DNA from: the human T2T-CHM13v2.0 reference genome, Homo sapiens
Reading direction: 5' to 3' (one strand)
Assembly: GCF_009914755.1 (NCBI RefSeq)
Contig: NC_060935.1
DNA length: 64,000 nucleotides
Position 1 is the stretch's first letter. Every line of letters begins with the position of its first letter. The translations under genes and the position numbers were made by a program. A model generated the notes under the pieces. That model saw nothing but the letters and a program-made list of their open reading frames with translations, did not search any database and had not been told where the DNA came from. This document shows, piece by piece, positions 1 through 17,671 of the stretch.

Positions 1-143
1 ATCATGGGAGATGGGACAAGAGATAGATTATGTAGAAGCATTGTACATGGTATGATATTTATTCTAAGTTTAAGTAGAGCCATTCAAGGGCTGAAGGAAG
101 GCCATAGTGGGTAAGATATTTGATTTTCTTGAAGGAAAAAAAA

Positions 144-912
144 TGCCTTGAACAACATACTTCTAAATAACAAATGAATCAGAAAAGAAATCTCCAGAGA
201 AATATTGAAAAGATTCTGAAGTTCATGCAATGAAAAGGTAACATCAAGATTTGTTGGATGAGGCAAAAAAGTGCTTGCAGGAAAATTTATAGCACTGAAT
301 GAATTCATTAGAAACGAAGAAAAATGTAAAATCAGTAATCTAAGCTTCCACTTCAGGAAACTAGAAAAAGAACAACAGATTAAATCCCAGCCTAACAAAA
401 GAGAAGAAATAATAAAACTTAGAGCAGAAATCAATGGAATTAAAAACATAAAATCAACAGAAACAAATTCAACGAAACCAAATGCCGGTTCTTTAAAAAG
501 TTGAATACCATCAATAAGCTTCTAGCCAAGCAAACTAGGAAAAATACAAGAGAGAAGAGACGGAAATTACTAATATTATAAATGAAACAGATGGCATTCA
601 TACAAATCCCATAAACATTAAAATGATTAAGTAATATTGGGTCTTCCTATCCATGAACAAGGACTATCTTGCCATTTATTTAGTTCTTCTTTTATATCTT
701 TTATGAGAGTTTTGTAACTTTTCTAATATAGATCTTGTACCTATTTTGTTACTTTTTGGGTGCTAACATAATGGTAATGCATTTAAAATTTTAAATTAAA
801 CTTACCTGTTGTTGGTATACAAGAAAGTGATTGTCTTTTGTGTATTAGCCTTGTTTCCTGCAGCATGGCTGTAATTCAGATTTTCTACATAAATGATCAT
901 GTCATCTGCAAA
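144..912. mobile_element. Old L1 (L1M) ORF2 fragments, sense ~144-630 and antisense ~631-912
   Basis: ORF 271-504 (GKFIALN..KLEKEQQ..IIKLRAEIN) is L1 ORF2-like; an antisense L1 piece follows. Confidence 0.7.
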
Positions 913-923
913 GGTGGCTTTGC

Positions 924-1169
<246 letters not shown>

Positions 1170-1472
1170 CTATGTATAGACAATTCTGTTGAGAAGATGT
1201 GTGTGTCTGGACACATAGAAACAAAGAAAAGGAAGTTGGCTGGAAATGGGTCTAGAGATCAAATTGAAGGAGAATTTTTGCTAGATGTAGACATTAAAAC
1301 AGAACATATGAATTCTGAACTAAATTTCTGAAGGAGAAAACACAATCTTCACTATATGTTGGACCTTTAGTAAAGCAGACCTAGTTTGCTCATCAATTTA
1401 TTTTATTACCAAAAATCCTTGATTAAGCCAGTACACATGACACTGCAAGCCCAAGAACCATATCCATATTAC

Positions 1473-1663
1473 CTCAAGTTGAAGGAGTGGGATAGACTGG
1501 CTCACATAACTGAATTCCTTGAGTAGAACTCTCTTCAAATATGAACACAAAGTCACAAATAATGTCATCAGATCCCTGTCTCTTTTAACACTACTCACAC
1601 ATCTTCTTCAAGTGGCTAATGTATGGGGAACAATTGTCCAACATGCTCATATCCTAGAATAAC
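1473..1663 (-). pseudogene. Relic exon, dynein C-terminal domain
   Basis: ttttgttctccag|GTT...CTTGAG|gtaata. Translates VILGYEHVGQLFPIH*PLEED[2-nt shift]VSSVKRDRDLMTLFVTLCSYLKRVLLKEFSYVSQSIPLLQLE; YLKRVLLKE resembles the C-terminal 'PLxxVLxQE' motif. Confidence 0.6.
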
Positions 1664-3862
1664 CTGGAGAACAAAAATGTCTTTTGAATAGTTCAGGTAA
1701 AGACCTTTAGAAATCTCTGGCTTCCCTGCCTTGAGGCATGTACCGATCCCCAAATGTACCGGGGGTCACAGACTGCTAAAATTGATTAGGAATACATCAG
1801 GTGCCCATTTCTGGGAGTTAGGATAAGTAAAGTCAACATCAACCTTAATGAATAGGATAAAACATGTTTATTTTAGAGAGGAGAGAAGCGGTTTCCAAGT
1901 AGGCACTGGCAGAGCAAACAGAGCAAAGCAAAACAAAAATGTGTCTATTTCAAACATCCTAGAAAGAATGGTTAGTTGATTGTCTCAATAGTGCTCTCAG
2001 GTACTCTTAAACTTGGTCTATGACCTTTATTGTCCTTTCTTACAGTGACTAGAGGACATGGCAACATATTATGCATTTATTCTATTCCAGCTGTATATTA
2101 TCAAGGCTTTACTGCCCTAACTGCAAATCGTTATCATTTGAATTCTCGGTATGTTTTCCTAAAGAGTATTTTCTCCCCTTCATTATTTTCTTTTTTAGTT
2201 TGTTTCATTATGTAGTTGCTGCTTCTTTTTTCACTCAATAATTGCCCTTTTTTGGGCTCCATCCCAATGAAGCTATATTTATTATGCTCTCCTTACAGTT
2301 CCCTCTTTCCTGCTGGCTTCTTCTCTACTACATTTTCTTTCCACTATTTGTGTCTAAGGAGAGGTACAACTATTTTCTTGGATAAGTGGAGAATTATCTT
2401 TACGCAAGAATATTTGTGTGTATGTGTGCTCCCAAAGGAAATTATGCATTTTGAGCATGAAAATCCTGACTTCTCAGTTAAAGCACTCCGAGAGAAAAAC
2501 AAAACAAAACAAACAAACAAACAAACAAAAAACTCCCACACCCAATTCTAAGGCAATCACCTACAGTGGGAAAAAAATCTTAAAAAATATTTCCTATTTT
2601 CCTCATTTTTATGTTCTGCTGTAACAGTATTTTTAAAAAGGAATCTGGTATTATTTCAAGACCTAGCCAGCAAATGCTTATGATCTTTTTGCTGAACATC
2701 CAATAGATTTACATCTGTTCTCTCTTCTCCAATGTTCCAGTTTAATTATTTCAGTGAGAGGAATGATTGTGACTATAGATGGACCCAGGCTTGATATTAA
2801 AATTTCAACTTCCTCTCTCTGCTGAGTGACTTTTATTAAAAGTCAAAGTACTATTGCTGTCCAACAAAATGCTCAAAAGTATATTTAATATATATTTCAA
2901 AAATACACAGTTCTGAAAAAGATATTTAGCCTATTTCTGGGTTTAAGTTTTCACTCTTCAATAGGTAACATTTTTATGTTTTTGGAATCACATCTTATGA
3001 TCATTTCTAAGTTGTAAGGTAATCTTATTATGATTATTACTATTATTATTTTAGAGCAGACATGTTGGAAATATTGAACAGATCTTACTAATTCTTCAAC
3101 GGAGATCTTTTTAATGTGTAAGTCTGTTTACTACCATCCTGACTATGGGAGTTCATTCAGACGTATTCAAATAATGAAATACTATACCTATAAAATATTT
3201 TAATGTATTTCTTGAGAAAATAAAACAATATGATTTTAAAATATTTTTAGGGAAGGGAAGTGAGAGAGAAAGATGAAAAATCACCTGATGATTTTAGATC
3301 TCCTGCCAAGGGTATCTTCCCTTGTCTTCCAAGAAATCTCTCCTGCCTATTATTATGTTACAAGATAATGATTTACATTTTTAAAAAATCATTCAAGCAC
3401 ATATACTAACTAACTATTGCTTCTTCTACCTCTTTCAGTCCCTGACTTTTAAAGGAACTATGAAGGTTAGACACACTTTTATTTCAGCTCTCATCTCCCA
3501 GGACTTAACAAAATAAAGTATAATGGGATATGCAAACATGTAATCCTGAGAGTCCAAAAAGTTGATTCTTTTGTGGAAGGCTTTAGAGAAGATGGGCCAC
3601 ACCATCAAGAATTTATCAAACAAGACTATCATACCCCACCCTCAATCCTCTGTCAATGTGCGTGAGTCTCTTGAGGAAGCAAAGTGGATCACTTCTGGGA
3701 ACTTTTAAGACATTAACTAATGATGCCTTATCACTAAGAGACAGACTTGCCACTGAAAGGTTCAGGAATACTTTCCTTCAAATCTAAGAGGCACATTATT
3801 TACATTTTAACATATCTGAGACCCATATCCATGACTGTGAAGAGACTTAAGATTACATTAAC

Positions 3863-5714
3863 TTTTTCATTGTGTTGATTTTTTTCCTTTGCTGTGAAGA
3901 AACTTTATTTTGATATAGTCCCTCCCACTTGTTTATTTTTGCTTTTGTTAACTTTTGGTGTCAAATCCAAAAATTACTGGCAAGATCAATGACAAGGAAC
4001 TTTACCCATGTGTTTTCTTCTAGGAGTTTTGTGACTTTAGATCTTATATTTTAGTCTTCAATCCATTTTGAATTTAATTTTGTGAAATGGGTAAGGGAAG
4101 AATACAATTTTATTTGTTTCTTTTTGCCCATTATTATGCAGTTTCCAAAGAAACATTTATTAAAGAGTCTTTCCTGGCCCAGTATGTGTTCTTGGCAAGT
4201 TTGTAAAAATTAGTTGACCATATATGTGTGGGCTTATTTCTGAACTCTTGTGTTCTGTTCCATTGGTCTCCCTGTCTGTTCTTATGCCAGTACCATATTG
4301 TTACTACAGCTTTGTAACATAATTTGAAATCAGGATGTGTGATGCCTCCAGCTTTGTTTTTCTTTCACAGGATTTCTTTAGCCATTTGGGTTTCTTTCTT
4401 TTTTATGATTGTATCTGATAAAAAGGGATCACATGGAAATATATAAGGAACTCATTTAGCAGCTAAATAGCAAAAAAAAAAAGGAAGAAGAAATAGAGAA
4501 AGGAGAAAGAAAGAAAGAGAAAAAGAGAAAGAAAGAAAGAAAGGAAAAGAGAAAAGAAAAGAAAGAGAGAAAGAAGAAATAGGGAAGGAAGGAAGGAAAA
4601 GAGAGAGAGAAAGAAAGAAAGAAGGAAGGAAGAAAGGAAGGAAGCAAGGAAAAGAAAATCTAATTTAAAAATAGACAAAAGTCCTATATGGATACTTTTC
4701 TGAAGGAGATGTACAAATGGCCAACAGATACATGAAAAGATGTTCAATATAATTATCAGGGAAATGCAAATCAAAACCACAGTGAGCTATTATCTCACAC
4801 CAGTTAGAATGGAAACTATCAAAAAACAACTGATAACAAATATTTCCAAGGATATGGAGAAGAGAACCCTTGTTCACCGCTGATGGGAATGTATATTGGT
4901 ATTGCCATTATGGTAAACAGTATGAAGTTTCTTCAAAAATATTAAAAATATAACTACTACAGGATCCAATAATCCCACTTCTGCTTATATATCCAAAGGA
5001 AATAAAATCACTATTTTGAAGATATATCTATGTTCTCATATTTATTGCAGCATTATTCACAAAAGCCAAGATGTGGAAGCAAACTGTCTGTCAATAAATA
5101 AATGGATGAAGAAAATGTGGTAGGTACACACACAAACACATACATACACACACACACACACATAAATACACACACACACAATGGAATATTATTCAGCCTT
5201 AAAAGAAAAAGCATCTTGCCATTTGCAACAACATGAATGAAACTTAAGGTCATGTTACGTCAAATAAGCCAGATACAGAGAGATAAATACTGTGTGGTCT
5301 TGCTTATAGTAAGAATTAAAAAAAAAAAAAAGTCAAACTCGTAGTAACAGAGAGTAGATTGCTAGTCACCAGAGAAGTGCAGAAAGGGTGTGGGGAAAAG
5401 GGAAATATTGATCAAAGGGTACAGGCTTTCAGTTATAAGATTAATATGTACTGGAGACCTAATGTACAGCATGGTGACTATAGTTACTAAAAATGTATAT
5501 CTCAAATTTGCTAAGATAATAGATCTCAAGTGTTATCACATGAACACAAACACACAAAAATGGTAACTGAGTTGATGAATATTTTTATTAGCTTGATTGT
5601 GGTCATTTCACAATGTATACATATATCAAAACATATTGTATATCCTATAAATATAGCCTTTTTAAAATCAAACCTTAATAAAGCTGGAAAAATGAAAGAC
5701 AAGTGTGGATTAAA
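3863..5714 (+). mobile_element. L1MA-type element, 5'-inverted (antisense ~3863-4405, sense to 3' end)
   Basis: L1 ORF2 end/3'UTR homology; perfect 14-bp TSD aagattacattaac at 3849-3862 and 5715-5728. Confidence 0.85.
4472..4658 (+). repeat. GA-rich low-complexity tract ((GAAA)/(GGAA)n)
   Basis: Nearly purine-only run inside the L1MA. Confidence 0.9.
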
Positions 5715-5745
5715 AAGATTACATTAACCTACTTACTTCAATTAC

Positions 5746-5820
5746 CTTATTCTTTCATTACAAGAGTAAATAATGATAAATCTGAGTTTAAGTAATGCTA
5801 AAATAGCTGTTTTCATAAGA
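5746..5820 (-). pseudogene. Relic exon (75 nt)
   Basis: Poly-T-ag acceptor and AAG|gtaatt donor; frame assignment ambiguous. Confidence 0.45.
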
Positions 5821-5997
5821 CTAAAAAAAAAAACAGTCTCAAAGTGGTAATAGAATTTTCTTTTGTAGTTTACCTGCATCATATTTTCTTTATCACTGGC
5901 ATTTAAAATGATAATGTAGACTTGTTTAATTGTCAATTTTGGCTCTCTGGAATAAATGTAAAAATAAACTGTTGATAAAACAAAGCTGAGATCTTAC

Positions 5998-6087
5998 CTT
6001 GTTCTAGTAGTGCCTTGGATAAAGGATGGCCAAGGTGAATACTTCTGAGGGTTGGGGGTTTGGTTTAAGGCAAGAGCTTGATGAGGA
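5998..6087 (-). pseudogene. Relic exon, post-AAA6 'IxxLP...PEVFGL' region
   Basis: Branch-like cactaat, ctcag acceptor and AAG|gtaaga donor; translates LIKLLP*TKPPT[shift]SEVFTL. Confidence 0.65.
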
Positions 6088-6113
6088 CTGAGCAATTAGT
6101 GAATAAACATTAA

Positions 6114-6492
<379 letters not shown>

Positions 6493-6658
6493 AGAACTGA
6501 GTTTTGAAGAGTAAACAGATGTGTGATACTAGCACTGTTCTGAGAAGGGGCTGAGGGAAAATTGACTTGTCTAGTGTTCAAATAAATGGAATTTTTAAAA
6601 GGTTTTGTACCAAAAATAAATTTAATTCCCATTGGTAGAACTATGTCATGGTTCTTAC

Positions 6659-11903
<5,245 letters not shown>

Positions 11904-13004
11904 CTGAAGGAATTCAGAGTGTACGAATAATTTCTCATTTAATATTCAGAACAAATATGCCAAATGCTTCACATTTTTAATCAAAAAATTGAGTCTATTA
12001 AACATTAAGAATAGCACTATAGAATACAGGAGACCTAAAGTCCAGACTAAGTATTGACTGCATTATAGAACTGCAGATTCCTTGGAATGGGGTTGGGGAA
12101 TGTGAAAAGCATAGAAGAGCTGTCTTTCTTCTTCAAAGATGAACTTATTATCAATACAAAATTAATTAATATGTCTAAGTGATAAATATCAATCACCTAT
12201 TATATCTCAAGCATGATTCTGAGTGCCACACATAAGACTGTGAAATAGACTAATTTTTTTGTTCATAGAGATTACATTTTGATTTTGTCACAGAAAAATA
12301 AATAATGTATTTATTATTATTTATTAATAAATTACTATATAAAATGGCAGATAGTGGTTAGTGCTATAAAACAAAGAAAAACAACTAGGGGTATGGGGGA
12401 CAAGTAAAAAGGAAAAGGAAATAAAGGAGAAATTTATTCTACTGTTCAATAATTCATTCTCTGTAAGTTATCTGTTTTCTATGTTCTCTTTTTTGAAATC
12501 TAATTAGCAGACATTTTTCTTCTGAAGTAACCACCACCTATCTTGGAATTTGGTTATATTTCCAAAGCTGTGTCACTTCACTTTATGTCTCGGGAAGTTT
12601 CTCAACTTTTTCACCCAACTATTTTTTCATGACTGTTTGATCATCATGTTTTAATTATCAAGAACATCTTTTAAATTTGTGATTATTCCTTTTTCATCAC
12701 AGGTGATTCTTGTTTTATGTCTGTCACCTCGATTTCTCCTGAGAACATTGTTTCTTTAAATTGCTTTCTAAGTTATTATTATTTCCTCAAGTATCAATTG
12801 TTTCCTTTGATTTTATCCTAATATTGTTGTTCTCATTTCCAAAATAATCTTGGCTGTTTATTCATATTTATGGACAAAATATTAAGTTAATTTATACAGT
12901 TAACTATTTATATAGGTAGAAAAAAATGGCTTCCGGAAGATATCCATGAGTTAATCCAAAGAGCATTGAATACGTTAAAGCAAAGAGAAAGTAAAATAAA
13001 ATAT

Positions 13005-13286
13005 AGAATTAAGGTTGGTAATCAACTGAGTTTGAAACAGGGAGATTATCCTTGATTATCTACAGGGTAAAGGTTGGGTGGGTGGGGGTTAGGGGTAGAA
13101 ATTTTCCTCTAGAGCATCCAGAAAGACTGCAGCCATGCTGATACTGCTGACATAAAATCTTGATTTTAGCCCATTGAGACCTATTTTGGACTTCTGACTT
13201 CCATAATTGTATGATGACAATAAATTCGTGTTCTAAGTTACTAAGTTTGTGGTAAGATGCTGCAGACGTAATAGAAATCTAACACA
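13005..13286 (+). mobile_element. MaLR LTR fragment (MLT1-like)
   Basis: gggagattatcc...ttgattttagccc...aataaattcgtg...aatagaaatctaacaca. Confidence 0.7.
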
Positions 13287-13994
13287 GCTCTCCACTGGGT
13301 GTTCTCTATGGATTTTTTTCTACTGATCTATAGATCTTTTGCTAAAGAGTATTAATTTGTAACTTTAAAGTTAAACTTACAAGTCAAAGTTTTAAAATTA
13401 AAGCTGTTTTAAATTAAGGATGGGCAAGACTGAGTTTAACTTTAGGCATATATTAATAAAGTGGGAATGACTTTATTCTCAGAAACTAAAATTTATATTA
13501 TAAACTGTTAGCCTGGTTCAGGTATGTCATTCAATTTGTATATTGCTGATTTTAAACTGATGCAAAATGCTGATTTTGCAATGATAATGGTGAAAATAGG
13601 GCAGTTAAAGGTCAGCTCAAACAAATATTTGTGGATACTGGCTGGCTAGCAGTATTCTTTAAGCTTTGATACATTCCATGTGCTTTTGTTTTCAGAAGAC
13701 ACCAAAATCCCTTATATTCTGATGTTCCATCTTCCAATTCATATCTTTAAGGTCGTATTCCTGCTTGTACATTTTTGCTATCATTAATGGGATTTAGAAT
13801 TGAGAAACAACATAAAATCATATGCCAAGTCATCCAAATTGAAGTGGAAACCACATTTACTTCTGGTATTATTTTGTTTCTCTAGAAATTACCACCTCTA
13901 GAATGAAAACTAATAGTTGGTTGCAAGAGTTCAAGAGTTGCCAGGTCCTTTTTGACTAGATAGTATCCAAAGGTCAGAAAACAAAATGAATTAC

Positions 13995-14092
13995 CTGTTC
14001 CAGGCTCTTCGAACGAGAGAAAGTACTTTTGTTAGAGAATGTTAGCATCAGAGAAACCCTTGTGTCAAAATAACTGACCGTAAACTGCACAT
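13995..14092 (-). pseudogene. Relic exon, AAA5-AAA6 connector
   Basis: cttcctcag|AT...CAG|gtaatt; open frame (D)[32 protein letters not shown]; phase-compatible with the 15100-15170 exon. Confidence 0.65.
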
Positions 14093-14138
14093 CTGAGGAA
14101 GTTGATTCTTTGTTTCTCTTGCCATCAAAAGCTCTTGA

Positions 14139-14826
14139 ATGGCAATCATTAAAAAGTCAGGAAACAACAGGTGCTGGAGAGGATGTGGAGAAATAGGAAC
14201 AATTTTACACTGTTGGTGGGACTGTAAACTAGTTCAACCATTGTGGAAGTCAGTGTGGCGATTCCTCAGGGATCTAGAACTAGAAATACCATTTGACCCA
14301 GCCATCCCATTACTGGCTATATACCCAAAGGACTATAAATCATGCTGCTATAAAGACACACGCACAGGTATGTTTACTGTGGCACTATTCACAATAGCAA
14401 AGACTTGGAACCAAGTCAAATGTCCAACAATGATAGACTGGATTAAGAAAATGTGGCACATATACACCATGGAATACTATGCAGCCATAAAAAAAGATGA
14501 GTTCATGTCCTTTGTAGGGACATGGATGAAATTGGAAATCATCATTCTCAGTAAATTACCACAAGAACAAAAAACCAAACACCACATGTTCTCACTCATA
14601 GGTGGGAATTGAACAATGAGAACACATGGACACAGGAAGGGGAACATCACACTCTGGGGACTGTTGTGGGGTAGGGGGAGGGGGGAGGGATAGCATTGGG
14701 AGATATACCTAATGCTAGATGACGAGTTAGTGGGTGCAGCGCACCAGCATGTCACATGTATACATATGTAACTAACCTGCACATTGTGCACATGTACCCT
14801 AAAACTTAAAGTATAATAATAAAAAA
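14139..14826 (+). mobile_element. 5'-truncated L1PA2-like
   Basis: ORF2 C-terminus, 3'UTR and poly(A); 12-bp TSD aaaagctcttga at 14127-14138 and 14827-14838. Confidence 0.95.
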
Positions 14827-15099
14827 AAAAGCTCTTGAGTGACACAATCACAATCTGTCCTCTAAGTGTGCAATTGCCTATGTAGCATGGAGTTGCTCTG
14901 CTGGCTCAACGTTCTTTTTCCAGTTTATTTCATTATTCCTTTGGCTTTTACAACTTCTAGCTTTCAGCTACGTATCTGCATCTCACACTTGCCATCCAGC
15001 TTCATGATGATAGGTCTAGGCTTCCCCGCTATTATTCTGTGTTTGATGATAATACTTAACCCTTCGTGAAGAAAAGCAGTGATCCTCTTAAAACATTAC

Positions 15100-15170
15100 C
15101 AGCTGGCTGACTTTATCACGCTACTAATAACCGATCAATAGGTTACAGGCAAATGTTAATACAGGCATCC
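15100..15170 (-). pseudogene. Relic exon, 'LxxFQKLLxxRxxRPD' region
   Basis: ttttatag|G...GCTG|gtaatg; translates DACINICL*PIDRLLVA**SQPA. Confidence 0.65.
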
Positions 15171-15680
15171 CTATAAAATATCAATAAAACCTTATTCTCA
15201 ACATGTCTCATGATAGCTGAGTCTAACCCCTACACTTGTGAACCATGTATTTTACTTCTAAATGATGGAATGTTAGACTTTTTCTATTGAAAGTAGGACT
15301 ATCGTAACAGAATTGGTCCAGATTTTACATACAGGCATACACACAAAACCCATTATTTAGATTTGGCTGACCATTGCACTAAGGCTATTCAGGTAAAAAC
15401 CTCTTGGATTTGTTATGCTTTCATCCTTTTTTTTTATGGACTCTGAGTAATTTCCCAGAGAAGATTTTCTGTCAAGGCAAAAGTTGTTTTTTTTTTTTTT
15501 TTTTTATCTCCCAAAAGGCAACAATGTCAAATTCTAGAATGAATCCATTCATGTGGCTTGGGATCTCTGAAACCAAACATACCTGTAAATGCTTCTCATA
15601 TAACTCAATGGTACTTGTCAAAAAATATTTATTTTACCTAATCAAATGAGTACTAATAATTGTGAAGAGCTAAGACTTAC

Positions 15681-15793
15681 CTTCAAAATAAACCAGCACC
15701 TTTGACCAACTCAAACATTTACAGAGCCAAATTCTTGACTTTCAACCATGTGAAACCTGACAGATTAAGTCTGTCTACCTTTCAGAGACCATT
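15681..15793 (-). pseudogene. Relic exon, 'PxWL' region
   Basis: atttcag acceptor and AAG|gtaagt donor; GFTWLKVKN with three stops in that frame. Confidence 0.45.
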
Positions 15794-16563
15794 CTGAAAT
15801 GTCAGAACAATACTTCAGAGATATAATTTACATGGTGGGAATGAAGACAGTTAATAAAATAAAAGATATGCTAATTCCTACACAAAATGGTATTGCTAGT
15901 TTCAAGTCAAACCACCTTAAATGTAAAAATGTATGTGCATCTTTTCTGCAAAGCCTTTGAAGAATGAAAGATTATTTGTTAATGACTCCAACATATGGTG
16001 AAGGTACAAACAATATGCTAGAACCTGACTTTTTGAACAGAAAAGAGCGAAAGATCATTGCATATGTAATAACTAATTTTAAAGAAATACTAATTGAGTA
16101 AGGATCTAACGAAGGTTATTTGATTGGTAGCAATGAGGAAGGATAGCCCTACTGTTCAGATTTAAAGCCTAGTTACAGACTCCTGTTTTATATCTACAGC
16201 ACCCCCCGACCAAAACAAAACAAAACAAAACCTCTTATAAGTAAGGTCAATGTTATGTGCATAGGTATTTCCAATAAGTTCCTTATTCTAAGCTGAGAGT
16301 ATGGATGCAAGTTACGGTTAATGAGAATTGCTGCAATACAGTAGGGAACTACAACCTACTTACCTTTTAATGTATTAAGCTGTACTGACTTGGACTAAAT
16401 AGTGCAAAGAAGTTTAAGATATAAAACACGAAAATGTGTGTGTTATGTATATGAAAGGGAGAGAGAAAAGAGAAGAGAGGAAGAGAGAATGTGGGAGGGA
16501 GCAAAAGAAAAAATAAATTGGGTGAAAGAAGATGGGGAAAAAAATGCTACAGACCAAAAGAAC

Positions 16564-16665
16564 CTCCAAATGTTTTCAAGGACTGAAAGAAGATTGCCAA
16601 GAAATGCCATTTCTTAAGGAGATAAATCAGTTTCCAGTTTTTCAAACTTGCTTCCTAAAACATTT
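16564..16665 (-). pseudogene. Relic coding segment, 'IxxxExxFL' region
   Basis: Poly-T-gatag upstream; translates KLETDLSP*EMAFLGN; 3' boundary uncertain. Confidence 0.5.
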
Positions 16666-16716
16666 CTATCAAAAAAAAAAAAAAACAGTTTTAAAAAAGA
16701 AATGCCGGAAGCTTAC

Positions 16717-16907
16717 AACAAATAAGATTACTGCCATGAAGACAAGCCAATTTCTATTAACCATAGAAGGAAGGGAAAATAACAGTTTTCTGCAATAGAA
16801 AGCCAACTCCACAAGAAGATAAAGTGTAGCAGTTGCAGCACCCATGCATGCAAAGTACTGACCAGTAATGTCTGAGTAACTGTGTGACATCTGTGTCGCT
16901 ATAACAT
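16717..16907 (-). pseudogene. Relic exon, AAA5 extension
   Basis: ttcattcag|AT...GTT|gtaagc; 191 nt, fully open. GQYFACMGAATATLYLLVELAFYCRKLLFSLPSMVN has the ungapped spacing of dynein 'YxPVA..LF...DLAxIDPMYQYSLxWFxN'. Confidence 0.7.
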
Positions 16908-17339
16908 CTGAATGAACACGTTATGGAGAGTCAATGCATTTTTAAACGAGTAGACTGTGCCAAAAATAATTTGAAGCAACTCTCTCTTCAATTGTGGAGT
17001 ATTTTTGTTTCGACTAAGAGTATTTTTTTCTTATAAAACTGATTCTCTGAAGAAAAATCTGGGTGGTGGTGTCATCTTGACATGAATACACTTAGCATCA
17101 AAGGGTTTTCTGGAAATATGGTAAACGTCAGAAAATTCTAAGGATTATTTTTTACCTTCAGTAACAATTAGGCAATAATAATTAGGCTTCTTTTATAGGC
17201 ATTTTTGGTTGTGATTGAAGGTGACAAGAACCATTACTAGGATAGTTTGATTACCACATCACTTTAACAACTCTTATCCTCCATTTGTACTTGTCTAAGA
17301 AAATAAATTATTTCTTTGCCAATGAAGAGTTGTTCTTAC

Positions 17340-17670
17340 CCATGATATTACCTTTGTCTCCGGGGTAGTCTGTAACTTTCAGAGCATAAAAGCTTCGTCA
17401 AAGTTTCTCAAATTGTATCCTTTTTTCTTGCTTTCAAGAGCAGGGAATTCTTACTTACTTCTAATTTGAAGTGAAGCTCTGTGTTACCTAACAGTATTTG
17501 ACACAGTAGACATTTTGATTCCTCTAGAGTTAGAAATCTGTCTTTTTTTTCCTTCCCTGCCAGATACAGATACTAGAAATAGATGCCTTATTTTTTGAAA
17601 TCAAGAAATATACTAAAGGATGGATACAGGAATGGATGTGCGAAGAGATTGGGAGCTTGTGATATTGGAA
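17340..17670 (-). pseudogene. Relic AAA5/strut coding segment abutting Tigger4
   Basis: IHPLVYFLISK..TDF[shift]TLEESKCLLCQILLGNTELHFKLEVSKNSLLLKA (cf. 'HPxFxLYxTTK..NFxVTxEGLExQLL..LEEEKNxL'). Confidence 0.6.
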
Positions 17671-17671
17671 T

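Noticed and set aside
144-912. Twin-primed L1
   Set aside because: The pieces are convergent, whereas twin priming gives a divergent arrangement; no TSD found.
1630-1663. 'GYEHVG' as the pre-AAA1 'GYEYLG' motif
   Set aside because: It is out of order: the AAA1 relic is at ~51 kb and this exon fits the C-terminal domain.
16666-16716. 51-nt GT-AG intron (similar 29-43-nt candidates near 15638-15680, 50542-50570 and 55461-55502)
   Set aside because: These are below the usual minimum mammalian intron length; they are probably decayed continuous exon or partly deleted introns, so exact exon structure is not asserted there.
16669-16890. Hydrophobic 73-aa ORF as a small membrane protein
   Set aside because: It is better explained as an internal dynein-like exon with splice sites; the ORF tail is poly-T.
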